A program made the translations under genes and the position numbers. From a virus, in IMG/VR virus record IMGVR_UViG_3300002164_000001, positions 1-43,923 of that record: 43,923 nt of DNA; one strand, given 5' to 3'. This document shows, one piece after another, positions 26,367 to 37,074 of the stretch; positions within the stretch are counted from its first letter, which is position 1; every line of letters starts with the position of its first letter. The notes under the pieces are model-generated. The model saw nothing but the letters and a program-made list of their open reading frames with translations. It searched no databases and was not told the DNA's origin.

Positions 26367-27665
26367 ATGGCTTTAGGTGGTGGAACTTTTGTCACTCAAA
26401 ACAAAGTGCTTCCAGGATCTTATATAAACTTTGTTTCTTTGGCAAGAGCATCAGCAACCCTTTCTGATAGGGGTGTTGTAGCAATGCCCCTTGATCTTGA
26501 TTGGGGTGTTGAAAATGCAGTATTTGAAGTTACTAAAGAAGATTTCCAAAAAGATTCATTGAAAATCTTCGGATATGCTTACACTGATGATAAATTGAAA
26601 GGTCTTAGGGATCTATTCATGAATATCAAAACTCTTTATGCTTACAGATTATCAAGTGGTGGTGAAAAAGCAACCAATGACTTTGCAACTGCAAAATATT
26701 GTGGTATTCGTGGGAATGACTTGAAGATTGTTATTCAATCAAATGTTGATGTTCCTAGTGACTTTGATGTTAGAACAGTTCTTGGAACAACTATTGTTGA
26801 TGAACAAACAGTTTCAGGTGCTGATGAATTAGTTGCAAATGATTATGTAACATTTAAGACAGATGCAACACTTACAGTTACAGCTTCAACCCCACTTACA
26901 GGTGGTACAAATGGAACTGTTGATGGTACTTCACATCAAAACTTCCTAGATAAGATTGAATCTTATTCATACAATGCCCTTGGTGTTGTTACTACTGATG
27001 ATGTGGTTAAGGGTTTATATGCAAACTTTACTGAAAGACTTCGTGATGATATTGGTCAGAAGTTCCAAGTTGTTCTTTACAATGAACCTGCTGATTATGA
27101 AGGGGTTATCAATGTAAAGAATAAAGCAGTTGAAGATGAAGCAGCACTGGTGTATTGGGTGACTGGAATTATTGCAGGTTGTGAAGTGAATAAATCCAAC
27201 TTAAATAAACTTTATGATGGTGAATACACTGTTGAAGCTGATTATACCCAAGCAGAATTGGAAGCAGCTATTAAATCAGGTGAATTTACACTTCATAAAG
27301 TTGGTTCTGATATTAGAGTTCTTTCAGATATAAATTCCCTGGTTACTGTTTCAGATACTAAAGGTGAAATCTTCAAAGATAACCAAACAATAAGAGTTAT
27401 GGATCAGATTGCAAATGACATTGCAGTTTTATTCAATACAAAATACCTTGGCAATGTTCCAAATGATGCAGCAGGAAGAATTTCATTGTGGTCAGATATT
27501 GTTAAACACCATGAACAACTTCAAGAAATTAGAGCTATTGAAGAATTTAATGATAGTGATGTTGTAGTTGAACAAGGTGATACAAAGAAATCAGTTGTTG
27601 TAAATGATGTTGTCACTGTTGTAAATGCAATGGCACAGCTTTACATGACAGTTATAATGGCATAG
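26367..27665 (+). CDS. Contractile tail sheath protein (XkdK-like)
   Basis: N-terminus MALGGGTFVTQNKVLPGSYINFVS is typical of PBSX-type sheaths. 432 aa, followed by the tube gene. Confidence 0.85.
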   Translation: MALGGGTFVTQNKVLPGSYINFVSLARASATLSDRGVVAMPLDLDWGVENAVFEVTKEDFQKDSLKIFGYAYTDDKLKGLRDLFMNIKTLYAYRLSSGGEKATNDFATAKYCGIRGNDLKIVIQSNVDVPSDFDVRTVLGTTIVDEQTVSGADELVANDYVTFKTDATLTVTASTPLTGGTNGTVDGTSHQNFLDKIESYSYNALGVVTTDDVVKGLYANFTERLRDDIGQKFQVVLYNEPADYEGVINVKNKAVEDEAALVYWVTGIIAGCEVNKSNLNKLYDGEYTVEADYTQAELEAAIKSGEFTLHKVGSDIRVLSDINSLVTVSDTKGEIFKDNQTIRVMDQIANDIAVLFNTKYLGNVPNDAAGRISLWSDIVKHHEQLQEIRAIEEFNDSDVVVEQGDTKKSVVVNDVVTVVNAMAQLYMTVIMA

Positions 27666-27681
27666 AAAGGGGTGGAAATAG

Positions 27682-28155
27682 ATGAATAATATTACTATGA
27701 AAGCAAAAGACACTATTTCAGCAAAGTTGGCTGAATGCTTTATTACTATTGGTGAAAACAGATATAATTTTATGCAGATGATCAACTTTGAAGGAAATAT
27801 TGAAAAAACCAAAACCAAAGTTCCTATTTTAGGTAGAATCATGGATGGAAATAAAACAATTGGTCTTTCAGGTACTTTTTCAGGTACTGCACACTATAAT
27901 CAATCTATTTTCAGACAAGCACTTCTTGATTATAAGAACACTGGAATTGATACCTACTTTGAAATTCAGATAACTAATGAAGATCCTGAATCAGCAGCAG
28001 GAAGACAAACCATTGTGTTCATAGATTGTAATGTTGATGGTGGAATTTTATCCAAGTTTGATGCAGATGGCGAATATCTTGATGAAGAAATTGAAGGAAC
28101 ATTTGAAGACTTCAAGATGCCTGAAAGCTTTGCAATTCTCAATGGTATGATTTAA
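27682..28155 (+). CDS. Tail tube protein (XkdM-like)
   Basis: 157 aa, directly after the sheath gene. Confidence 0.75.
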   Translation: MNNITMKAKDTISAKLAECFITIGENRYNFMQMINFEGNIEKTKTKVPILGRIMDGNKTIGLSGTFSGTAHYNQSIFRQALLDYKNTGIDTYFEIQITNEDPESAAGRQTIVFIDCNVDGGILSKFDADGEYLDEEIEGTFEDFKMPESFAILNGMI

Positions 28156-28164
28156 TTTAAGTTT

Positions 28165-28200
28165 GGGGTGTTCTAATTATAGAATACCCCCTTTATTTTT
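28165..28200 (+). terminator. Intra-operon terminator/attenuator hairpin after the tube gene
   Basis: 11-bp stem ggggtgttcta / tagaatacccc, 4-nt loop, then a T-rich tail (cctttatttttt). Confidence 0.65.
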
Positions 28201-28231
28201 TGATTAAATACAGAAAGGTCAAGGTGAAATT

Positions 28232-28666
28232 ATGTCAAATTTAAGTTTATTCTTAAAGAAAAATAAGATTCAGAAAGAAAATACAACTTATCCTGCAACC
28301 AAATCATTGCTTGATGAAAATGGTAAACCATTACTTTGGACTATAAAACCATTAACAACAAAGGAAAATGAAGATATTCGTGAAAGTTGCACCTATGAAG
28401 TTCCAGTTAAAGGTAAACCAAATATGTTTAGACCAAAGGTAAATACAAATCAATATCTTGCAAAAATGATTGTTGCATCAGTTGTTGAACCTAATTTGAA
28501 TAATGCAGAATTACAAGATAGTTATGGAGTTAAGAAACCAGAAGACTTATTAAAAGAAATGATTGATGATCCTGGTGAATATAATGAGTTTGCAATGTTT
28601 ATTCAACAATTCAATGGGTTTAACATCAATATTAATGACAAGGTTGAAGAAGTAAAAAACGAATAA
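28232..28666 (+). CDS. Tail assembly chaperone, short form (XkdN-like)
   Basis: Position between the tube and tape-measure genes, 144 aa. Confidence 0.75.
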   Translation: MSNLSLFLKKNKIQKENTTYPATKSLLDENGKPLLWTIKPLTTKENEDIRESCTYEVPVKGKPNMFRPKVNTNQYLAKMIVASVVEPNLNNAELQDSYGVKKPEDLLKEMIDDPGEYNEFAMFIQQFNGFNININDKVEEVKNE

Positions 28667-28857
28667 GAGAAGATGACCCTGAATTTAATTTTATTCATTA
28701 TGCAATACAGAAGTTGAAGTGGTCACCTTCTCAAATAAATGAATTTATTAATGCTGATGAAAACATGCAAGCATTATATTATGGTTCTACACAGATTAAA
28801 ATTGAAAATGACAAAGAAAAGAAAAAAGAATTAGAAAGAAAAGCTAAAAAGAAGTAG
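28232..28857 (+). CDS. Tail assembly chaperone, long form made by a -1 programmed frameshift at 28654-28660
   Basis: Slippery heptamer A_AAA_AAC sits in the correct zero-frame register 4 nt before the stop. The -1 frame stays open for about 65 further codons (KKRIREDDPEFNF...ERKAKKK) to TAG at 28855-28857. Confidence 0.7.
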
Positions 28858-28991
28858 GGTTGAATCATCTCCCCTGTTTCTTTTACTTGATATAGAAAGG
28901 CAGGTGAAGACAAATAGCAAGCATTAGAACACAGATTGAACTTTATGATGTTATTTCAGCACCACTATTAAATATTACAAGTGCATTAAAT

Positions 28992-31058
28992 ATGACAGTA
29001 AGTGCATTTGAAGAAATGGATGCTGCTGCAAATAGTTCCTTTGATTCTGCAAATTTTTCTGCTGTTAGAGAACATCTTAATCAAGCTAATATTGAAATTG
29101 AAGAAATGGAACAAAATCTTAGTCAAGCTGATATACAACAACAGAATCTAAATAATTCCATTGAAAAAGGAACTGGACTTGCAGGTGGACTTGAAAGAAA
29201 AATTATAGGTATTATTGGAGCATATGCTTCATTTAAGGGTGTTCAAAAGGTTCTTGATATTACTGATGTAATGAACCAAACCACAGCAAGACTGAACTTA
29301 ATGAATGATGGATTACAAACAACTAAAGAATTACAAGACATGATATATTTATCAGCACAAAGATCAAGATCAGAATATCAAACTACTGCTGATATGGTTT
29401 CACAACTTGGGTTAAATGCAAAAGATGCTTTCAGTAGTAATGTTGAACTAATTAAGTTTGCAGAACAACTGAATAAGTCAATGGTTATTGCAGGGGCAAG
29501 TGGAATGGCTGCTGAATCAACTGTTTACAACCTAACACAAGCACTTTCAACTGGTGTTTTAAGAGGTCAAGACCTTAATGCTGTTTTAAGTAATTCACCT
29601 AATATTGTTCAAAATATTGCAGATTATCTTGAAGTTCCAATGGGGCAAATAAGGGATATGGCAGCAGAAGGACAAATTACTGCTGAAATAGTAAAAAATG
29701 CAATGTTAGCTGCAGCAGATGAAACCAATGAAGCTTTTGAAAGTATGCCTATGACCTATGACCAAATTTGGACTTCTATTTCAAACAGTGCTTTAATGGC
29801 TTTTCAACCAATCTTTGATAGGTTAACTGAACTTGGAAACAGTGAACATTTTCAGGTGTTAGTAGATGGTATTATTGATTCCCTTGTATTTGTTTCAGGT
29901 GTTGTTATTGAAATATTTGATTTGGTTGCACAAGTTGGAGCATTTATTTCTGATAACTGGTCAATTCTTGAACCACTAATTCTTGGGGCAGCAACAGCAC
30001 TTGGAATATATACTGCTGCTTTGATAGTTTACAACACCATTCAAGCAATTTCTAATGGTATCAAGGCAATTGCTGCTTTCAGGGAAACAGTTCATGCAGC
30101 AGCTTTAATGATGCAGACAGGTGCAACTTTTGCAGCAACAGCAGCACAACATGGATTTAATGCTGCATTAATGGCTTCACCTATCACTTGGATATTAATA
30201 ATTATAATTGCAGTTATTGCAGCATTATTTGCAGTGGTAGCAGCAATAAATAAAGTAACTGGTTCAAGTATTAGTGCAATTGGAATTATAACTGGTGCAT
30301 TGGCAGTTGCAGCAGCATTCATTGGAAATCTGTTTGTAACACTGATAAATTTTGCGATTGATATATTTGTTGTTCTATGGAATTTCATTGCAGCATTTGC
30401 AAACTTCTTTGCTAATGTATTCAATGATCCAATAGGTGCAATAGCAAGGTTATTCTTTGATTTGGTTGATACAGTGCTTTCACTTCTTCAATCCTTGGCA
30501 AAAGCAATTGACACCATATTTGGTTCAAACCTTGCAGGTTCGGTTCAAGGTTGGAGAGATTCACTTGGTGGATGGGTAGATGATACCTTTGGAAAAGGTG
30601 TTGAAGTCATGGCAAAAATGGATGGAAGTGATCTTCATCTTGGAAGATTTGAGTATGGTGCAGCATGGGATGCAGGTTATGCGTTTGGTGAAGGTATTGA
30701 AGATACTATTTCAAATTTTGACCCTTCTTCCCTATTTGATACAAGTATTCCTGATCCAAGTGATTATGCTTTTGATTATGCAGGTGGAATTGATTCTGTA
30801 CCATCCAATATTGCTGATACTGCTGAAAACACTGGTGCAATTAAAAATTCAGTTGATATTTCACAGGAAGATTTGAAGTATTTGCGTGACATTGCTGAAA
30901 TGGAAGTTATTAATAGATTTACTACTGCTGAAATTAAAGTGGAAATGACTAATAACAATAATATTAATAATGAAATGGATCTTGATGGTGTTATTGATTA
31001 CCTTGGTGAAGGTGTAAATGAAGCTATGGAAAAAGCAGCAGAGGGGGTGCATAGTTAA
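28992..31058 (+). CDS. Tape measure protein
   Basis: 688 aa with a long hydrophobic Ala/Ile-rich central region, positioned after the chaperone pair. The frame is open from 28908 and the RBS-like gaaaggcaggtg lies at about 28896, so the true start may be a non-ATG codon upstream of 28992. Confidence 0.8.
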   Translation: MTVSAFEEMDAAANSSFDSANFSAVREHLNQANIEIEEMEQNLSQADIQQQNLNNSIEKGTGLAGGLERKIIGIIGAYASFKGVQKVLDITDVMNQTTARLNLMNDGLQTTKELQDMIYLSAQRSRSEYQTTADMVSQLGLNAKDAFSSNVELIKFAEQLNKSMVIAGASGMAAESTVYNLTQALSTGVLRGQDLNAVLSNSPNIVQNIADYLEVPMGQIRDMAAEGQITAEIVKNAMLAAADETNEAFESMPMTYDQIWTSISNSALMAFQPIFDRLTELGNSEHFQVLVDGIIDSLVFVSGVVIEIFDLVAQVGAFISDNWSILEPLILGAATALGIYTAALIVYNTIQAISNGIKAIAAFRETVHAAALMMQTGATFAATAAQHGFNAALMASPITWILIIIIAVIAALFAVVAAINKVTGSSISAIGIITGALAVAAAFIGNLFVTLINFAIDIFVVLWNFIAAFANFFANVFNDPIGAIARLFFDLVDTVLSLLQSLAKAIDTIFGSNLAGSVQGWRDSLGGWVDDTFGKGVEVMAKMDGSDLHLGRFEYGAAWDAGYAFGEGIEDTISNFDPSSLFDTSIPDPSDYAFDYAGGIDSVPSNIADTAENTGAIKNSVDISQEDLKYLRDIAEMEVINRFTTAEIKVEMTNNNNINNEMDLDGVIDYLGEGVNEAMEKAAEGVHS

Positions 31059-31735
31059 TGGCATATTATTTCTATTTAGATAAATTGTTATTACCAATTG
31101 CACCTTCAAGGTTGCGATTGAGAATAAACAATCAGAATAAAACACTAACATTAATAAATGATGGTGAAATAAATATCTTGAAACAGGCAAAATTGACTGA
31201 TATTGACTTTGATTGTCTAATACCACAGGTACATTATCCTTTTGCTTTATATAAAAATGGGTTTCAAAGAGCTTCAACTTACCTGAACAAGTTTGAACAA
31301 TTGAAGTCAAGTCAAGAACCTTTTCAGTTTATTGTTACAAGAACCCTTCCTAATGGAAGAATGTTATTTGACACAAACATTAAAGTTTCTATGGAAAATT
31401 ATGATATTAAAGAAGAAAAAAGAGAAGGTTTTGATTTAGTTGTTTCAATTAAATTAAAGCAGTATAAAGATTATGGAACAAAGACTGCAAACATTACTTT
31501 TTCACAAGCAAAACCAAAAGCAGTTGTTCAGAAAGCAAGACCTACTGAATCATCCCCTGCACCAAAGAAAACAGCTAAAACACATAAGGTTGTAAGGGGT
31601 GATACTCTTTGGGGTATTGCAAAAAAATATTATGGAAATGGAAGTCAATACCCTAAAATTCATAATGCGAATAAAGATAAAGTTAAAAATCCAAATCTGA
31701 TATACCCTGGTCAAATTTTGACTATTCCAATTTAG
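31058..31735 (+). CDS. LysM-domain tail protein (XkdP-like)
   Basis: C-terminal LysM HKVVRGDTLWGIAKKYYGNGSQYPKIHNANKD...IYPGQILTIP. Confidence 0.8.
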   Translation: MAYYFYLDKLLLPIAPSRLRLRINNQNKTLTLINDGEINILKQAKLTDIDFDCLIPQVHYPFALYKNGFQRASTYLNKFEQLKSSQEPFQFIVTRTLPNGRMLFDTNIKVSMENYDIKEEKREGFDLVVSIKLKQYKDYGTKTANITFSQAKPKAVVQKARPTESSPAPKKTAKTHKVVRGDTLWGIAKKYYGNGSQYPKIHNANKDKVKNPNLIYPGQILTIPI

Positions 31736-31738
31736 GGG

Positions 31739-32707
31739 GTGTTTTGGATGGATGTTGAGTTATTAATTCAAAATGGAAATAAAGTTTATATTCCAGTAGT
31801 TGAAGAAGATATTTCATGGATGACTGAAAGGAAAGGTTCACCAGGTCAATTAACCTTCAAAGTAGTTAAGGATGACATTATAAATTTTACAGAAGGAAAT
31901 GCAGTCAGATTAAGGGTTGATAATAAAAATATATTTTATGGATTTATATTCATAAAGAAACGTAATAAAGAAAATATCATCACTGTTACAGCTTATGATC
32001 AGTTAAGATATTTGAAAAATAAAGACACCTATGTTTATACCAATAAAAGAGTAGATGAATTCATCAGAATGATAGCATCTGATTTCAATATGAATGTTGG
32101 AACTTTAGAAAATACAGGTTATAAAATAGCATCCAGGGTTGAAGATAATGTTACACTAATGGACATGATTCAAAATGCATTGGACTTAACACTTGAAAAC
32201 AGAAAAGAAATGTTTGTTCTATATGATGATTTTGGAAAGCTTACCTTGAAAAGTATTCAATCTATGAGATTAAACCTGCTGATTGATGAAGAAACTGGTC
32301 AAAATTATAATTATACTTCAAGTATTGATTCAGATACCTATAATAAAATTAAATTAGTATATGACAATGAGAAATCAGGAAAAAGGGATGTTTACATTGC
32401 ACAAGATTCAAGAAATATGAATAATTGGGGTGTACTTCAATATTTTGATACCTTAAAAGAAGGTGAAAACGGAAAAGCAAAAGCAGATGCCCTTCTTTCC
32501 TTGTATAATCAGAAAACAAGAAATTTAACTATTCAGAATGCACTTGGTGATACAAGAGTGAGAGCAGGTTCAATGGTGGTTGTTCAATTAGATTTAGGTG
32601 ATATTAAGTTAAATAATTTAATGCTTGTTGAAAAGTGTAAACATAATTTTAAGCATGAAGAACATTTTATGGATCTAACTTTAAGAGGGGGTGAATTTGT
32701 TGCGTGA
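31739..32707 (+). CDS. Baseplate hub / late-control-D-like protein (XkdQ-like)
   Basis: PBSX synteny and size (322 aa). Confidence 0.6.
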   Translation: MFWMDVELLIQNGNKVYIPVVEEDISWMTERKGSPGQLTFKVVKDDIINFTEGNAVRLRVDNKNIFYGFIFIKKRNKENIITVTAYDQLRYLKNKDTYVYTNKRVDEFIRMIASDFNMNVGTLENTGYKIASRVEDNVTLMDMIQNALDLTLENRKEMFVLYDDFGKLTLKSIQSMRLNLLIDEETGQNYNYTSSIDSDTYNKIKLVYDNEKSGKRDVYIAQDSRNMNNWGVLQYFDTLKEGENGKAKADALLSLYNQKTRNLTIQNALGDTRVRAGSMVVVQLDLGDIKLNNLMLVEKCKHNFKHEEHFMDLTLRGGEFVA

Positions 32708-33089
32708 TTTTAATGATTTGTTAAATGCAATAAAAAAAGCAGCAATTGATGCGGTAAATGCAACCAAACCAACAGCAATTGTTTATGGTAAAGTAATCAA
32801 TACTTCCCCCCTTCAAATAAATGTTGAACAGAAAATGACTTTAACTGCTGCACAATTGGTATTAACCAGGAATGTAACAGATCATAAAGTTGAAATGACA
32901 GTTAATCATGTAACAGAAAACAGAAGTGGTGGTTCTGGTGAAAATTCCTTTGCATCACATAATCATGCTTATCAAGGTAAAAAAGAATTTACTGTTCATA
33001 ATGGTTTAGTTGTTGGTGATGAAGTAATCATGATCCAAATGCAGGGTGGTCAGAAGTACATTATACTTGATAGGGTGGTGAAAACATGA
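32691..33089 (+). CDS. Baseplate spike-region protein (XkdR-like)
   Basis: Synteny only. Confidence 0.5.
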   Translation: MNLLRDFNDLLNAIKKAAIDAVNATKPTAIVYGKVINTSPLQINVEQKMTLTAAQLVLTRNVTDHKVEMTVNHVTENRSGGSGENSFASHNHAYQGKKEFTVHNGLVVGDEVIMIQMQGGQKYIILDRVVKT

Positions 33090-33490
33090 TTCCAGGTGTA
33101 GTTGGATTTTTAGAAGAAGATTTTGAAATTGAAGAACAACCAAGTAAAACACATAAAATGTATCTTGAACAAGAAGTTATTAATGGCTTCACTGATGGAC
33201 TGGATGCAATGAAACAAACAATATATATGATTCTTAATACTGAAAGGTATCAATATATTATTTATTCCTGGAATTATGGAATTGAATTAATTGATTTGTT
33301 TGGTGAACCTATCACTTATGTATGCCCTGAATTAGAAAGAAGAATTACAGAAGCATTAACCCAAGATGAAAGGATCTTGTCGGTTGATGCTTTTTCTTTT
33401 GATACAAGTAAAAAAGGGGTGGTTCATGTAACTTTCACTGCACATACAATCTTTGGTGAAGTTGATGCGGAAAGGATGGTGAATATTTAA
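33086..33490 (+). CDS. Baseplate wedge protein (XkdS / gp25-like)
   Basis: Synteny and size (134 aa). Confidence 0.5.
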   Translation: MIPGVVGFLEEDFEIEEQPSKTHKMYLEQEVINGFTDGLDAMKQTIYMILNTERYQYIIYSWNYGIELIDLFGEPITYVCPELERRITEALTQDERILSVDAFSFDTSKKGVVHVTFTAHTIFGEVDAERMVNI

Positions 33491-34551
33491 TGTATGAACA
33501 CATAACATTTGAAGTTATACTTCAAAGAATGCTTGACAGAATACCTGATCAGTTAGATAAAAGAGAAAGTTCACCAATTTATAATGCACTTGCACCTGCT
33601 GCAGTTGAACTTCAATTGATGTATATTGAATTTGACATCATACTTCAAGAAACCTTTGGTGATACAGCATCAAGGGAATATCTTATCAGAAGGGCAGCAG
33701 AAAGAGGAATTTATCCTTATCCATCAACACATGCAGTGTTAAAAGGTGAATTCACACCAATATCAATCGAAATTCCTATTGGTGCAAGGTTCAGCTTAAA
33801 TGACTTGAACTATTATGTAAAAGAAAAAATTGAAGATGGTATTTATCAAGTTGAATGTGAAGAATCAGGTGTTAAAGGAAATCAATATTTTGGTGATCTT
33901 ATTCCAATTGAATATATTGATGGACTTGAAACAGCAAAACTTACTGAACTTCTTATTCCTGGTGAAGATGAAGAAGATACAGAAGAACTTCGGAATAGAT
34001 ATTTTTCAAGTTTTGAAACAAAATCATATGGTGGAAATAGAAAAGATTATATTGAAAAAACAAATTCTATTCCAGGTGTTGGATCAACAAAAGTTACACC
34101 AATATGGGAAGGTGGTGGAACTGTTAAATTAACAATATTAAATTCAGAATTTACAAAAGCAACACCGACTTTGGTTGATACTGTTCAACAAGAAATTGAT
34201 CCAACAAAAGATGGTCATGGTCTTGGTATTGCACCTATTGGTCATATTGTAACGGTTGACACAGTAGAAGAAGTTACAGTGAATATTTCTTCCAATATTA
34301 CTTTTGATGATGGTTATTCATTTACAACATTAAAACCACAAATTGAAGAAACAATCAGTGACTATCTTCTTGAATTAAGAAAAGATTGGGCAAACCAAAC
34401 TAATTTGATTGTAAGGATTGCACAGATCGATACAAGAATATTGGGTATTCAAGGTGTTGTTGATATTGCAGATACTAAAATCAATGGAAAAGCTGAAAAT
34501 CTTATTTTATCAGAATATCAAATTCCAATGATGGGTGGTGTTAGTGCATGA
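33490..34551 (+). CDS. Baseplate J-like protein (XkdT-like)
   Basis: Synteny and size (353 aa). Confidence 0.65.
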   Translation: MYEHITFEVILQRMLDRIPDQLDKRESSPIYNALAPAAVELQLMYIEFDIILQETFGDTASREYLIRRAAERGIYPYPSTHAVLKGEFTPISIEIPIGARFSLNDLNYYVKEKIEDGIYQVECEESGVKGNQYFGDLIPIEYIDGLETAKLTELLIPGEDEEDTEELRNRYFSSFETKSYGGNRKDYIEKTNSIPGVGSTKVTPIWEGGGTVKLTILNSEFTKATPTLVDTVQQEIDPTKDGHGLGIAPIGHIVTVDTVEEVTVNISSNITFDDGYSFTTLKPQIEETISDYLLELRKDWANQTNLIVRIAQIDTRILGIQGVVDIADTKINGKAENLILSEYQIPMMGGVSA

Positions 34552-35249
34552 TTAGGGATGTAAATTTAATTGAACACCTTCCCCTATTCCTTCAAAAGTT
34601 TAGGGAATTAAAACACATCATGGATGCTGAAAACCCTGAATTTCAAATGATAGCTGATGAAAGTGAAGTTATTAAAAACAACCAATTTATTGAAACATGT
34701 GATTTGGTTGGTATTGCAAGATTTGAAAAGTTATTAAACATTATTCCATTAGATGATGACAATTTAGAATCAAGAATTTCAAGAGTATTGACCAGGTGGA
34801 ATGATGTTATTCCCTACACTTATAGGGCTTTCATTGAAAAGTTGATTGTTTTATGTGATGGACTTAATTTTACAATAAATAAAAACTTTGAAGAATATAA
34901 AATGGAAATCATCACACACTTGGAACTTTCAGGTCAAGTGGATGAACTTCAATATTTATTTGAATATATGATTCCAGTAAACCTTGAATTAACTTCAAAG
35001 AATGAAATCTATTGTAATAGTGAAGGTCAACATAACATTGCAGCAGGAATGGCTTTTTGTGAAACCTTTGAATTATCAGATGCTTATAAGGCTGATTTTA
35101 ATATTCAAGGTAATTCAATCATTAAAGGTGGTCTTGTTGGTTCAGTTGAAGTAACAATTTCTGATAATTTCAATGAAACAATTACAATCAAAGGTGTTGG
35201 GAAAACAGGTTCAAATGCTTCAACTACTCAAATTATAGGAATAAATTAA
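34548..35249 (+). CDS. Baseplate/tail-fibre attachment protein (XkdU-like)
   Basis: Synteny; immediately precedes the fibre gene. Confidence 0.5.
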   Translation: MIRDVNLIEHLPLFLQKFRELKHIMDAENPEFQMIADESEVIKNNQFIETCDLVGIARFEKLLNIIPLDDDNLESRISRVLTRWNDVIPYTYRAFIEKLIVLCDGLNFTINKNFEEYKMEIITHLELSGQVDELQYLFEYMIPVNLELTSKNEIYCNSEGQHNIAAGMAFCETFELSDAYKADFNIQGNSIIKGGLVGSVEVTISDNFNETITIKGVGKTGSNASTTQIIGIN

Positions 35250-35268
35250 GAAAGGTGGAATAAAAAAC

Positions 35269-37074
35269 ATGGCTGAATTTAAGCAGTTAATTATTACAAA
35301 TAAGGGGCAAGCATTAATGGCAAAAATGCTTGCAGGAACAGGTAATATTCAATTTACCAAAATCAGTGTATCTGATACAACATATACTGATGCACAACTT
35401 CCAGGATTAACTTCATTGTCAGGGGTAAAACAAAGTACCTTAATTAGTAAGGTAATAAGAACAAATGAAGTTGCAGTTCAGGTTGAAGGTGCAGTGACCA
35501 ATACTGATTTATCAAGTGGTTATTACATGAGAACAATCGGTCTTTATGCACTTGATCCTGATGATGGTGAAATTCTTTATGCAGTAACCAATGCAAGTCA
35601 GGCAGGATATATGCCCCCTTATAATGGAATTACTGTTTCAGGTGCTTTCTTCAAGCTTGTCACAACAGTTTCCAATGCTGACAATGTAACACTTGAAGTT
35701 GACCCTGCTGCAGTTGCAACTATTGGTGATATTCAAGACTTACAACAGCAAATTTCAGACCTTCAAGCTTTTGTTGGCTACACTGATGATGACATTGTTG
35801 GTGTTGAAGTGGACTTTAAGAATAGGAAATTTACAAGACTTGCAGGTGCAGTTAATAGAACACCAGGTGCAGGGTTTGATGATATAAAAGCATTTGGTGG
35901 AAGAAAAAGATGTATTTTAACAGATGATGGTGTTGTTTTAGCTTATCATGGTGAACCTGGATATACTGAAACAGGTGCTTTGACACAGGAAATTGTGATT
36001 GAACTTGAACCTGCAAAAGGTGAAGATCCTGCTGTTACTGAAACATATCCAGTTGGAACAAAGGTTCAAGTTATGGTTGAACAACCAAAGTTTTATTATA
36101 AAGTTGTACCATTACAACTTGAAAAAGTTGAAGGTGGTAAAGGCTTTCACATGAGAAAAGCAAGATATTATGTATCAGATACCATGAAAGTAGGTTTCAA
36201 ACTTCATCCTGCATTTATTCATAAGGGTGAAGAAAAGAATTTCATTTATTTATCAGCTTATGAAGGGTCAATATTTGACACATCAGCAGGTGTTCATTTA
36301 TTGACAGATGAACAAATTGCAGATTTTAATGAAGATAAGCTTTCATCAATTGCTTACGCAAAACCTGCAAGTGGTTTAACTCAAAACCTTACAAGATCTA
36401 ACACAAGAAAGCTTGCAAATAATCGTGGTACAGGTTGGGAACAAGCTTTTGCTGCAACAGTTGCAGCAACTCAATTATTATTTGCAATTGAATATGCTTC
36501 TTTTAATACACAAACCAAGATTGGAATGGGTAATGTAAGTAAAACTGATGATGGTTCAACATCCATGACTGAAATAACTGGTGCAACAACTCACCTTGGA
36601 AATCAATCAGGATCAGTTACAAATGAAAATGGAATAAATATTGTAACTTATCGTGGTGAAGAAAACTTTTGGGGTAACATTTGGAAATGGGTTGATGGAT
36701 TAAATATTGAAGCAAAAGGTCTTCATAATCTTTATGTTGCAAATGAAAACTTTACTGATGATATTGGAACTGAACCATATAAGGATGCAGGAATAACACT
36801 TGCAAAATCAAATGGTTATATTTCTGCTTTTGCATACAATGAAGAATTTGATTGGCTATTCTTCCCAAGTGAAACAAAAGGTGATTCAGCACTTCCAGTT
36901 GGTGACAATTTCTATCAAAACCATGATTATAACGGTTGGTTGGCGGCTTTCTTGGGTGGTTATTGGGCTTGTGGTTCTTATGCTGGTGGCTTCCTTTGGG
37001 GTGTGATTGATGTTTCTTCTTTTCGTTATCGTAATCGGGGTGGTCGCTTGGTGTATGTACCTGATGTAGCTTAA
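35269..37074 (+). CDS. Tail fibre / receptor-binding protein; DGR target with a C-terminal C-type-lectin/FGE-like variable domain
   Basis: Tail-collar-like N-terminus (LIITNKGQALMAKMLAG...IQFTKISVSD). The C-terminus YRGEENFWGNIWKWVDG...GGYWACGSYAGGFLWG...NRGGRLV contains the VR. Confidence 0.85.
   Translation: MAEFKQLIITNKGQALMAKMLAGTGNIQFTKISVSDTTYTDAQLPGLTSLSGVKQSTLISKVIRTNEVAVQVEGAVTNTDLSSGYYMRTIGLYALDPDDGEILYAVTNASQAGYMPPYNGITVSGAFFKLVTTVSNADNVTLEVDPAAVATIGDIQDLQQQISDLQAFVGYTDDDIVGVEVDFKNRKFTRLAGAVNRTPGAGFDDIKAFGGRKRCILTDDGVVLAYHGEPGYTETGALTQEIVIELEPAKGEDPAVTETYPVGTKVQVMVEQPKFYYKVVPLQLEKVEGGKGFHMRKARYYVSDTMKVGFKLHPAFIHKGEEKNFIYLSAYEGSIFDTSAGVHLLTDEQIADFNEDKLSSIAYAKPASGLTQNLTRSNTRKLANNRGTGWEQAFAATVAATQLLFAIEYASFNTQTKIGMGNVSKTDDGSTSMTEITGATTHLGNQSGSVTNENGINIVTYRGEENFWGNIWKWVDGLNIEAKGLHNLYVANENFTDDIGTEPYKDAGITLAKSNGYISAFAYNEEFDWLFFPSETKGDSALPVGDNFYQNHDYNGWLAAFLGGYWACGSYAGGFLWGVIDVSSFRYRNRGGRLVYVPDVA
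36933..37057 (+). repeat. DGR variable repeat (VR)
   Basis: Aligns without gaps to 37140-37264 at an offset of +207. By hand alignment there are 28 differences, all opposite template adenines. Confidence 0.9.

Noticed and set aside
30092-31310. Minus-strand ORFs of 110, 60 and 149 aa inside the tape-measure and LysM genes.
   Set aside because: They are antisense shadows of long, well-supported + strand genes. The same applies to the other nested track ORFs, such as 370..564, 804..1031, 3270..3491, 9065..9605, 23456..23737 and 23922..24179.
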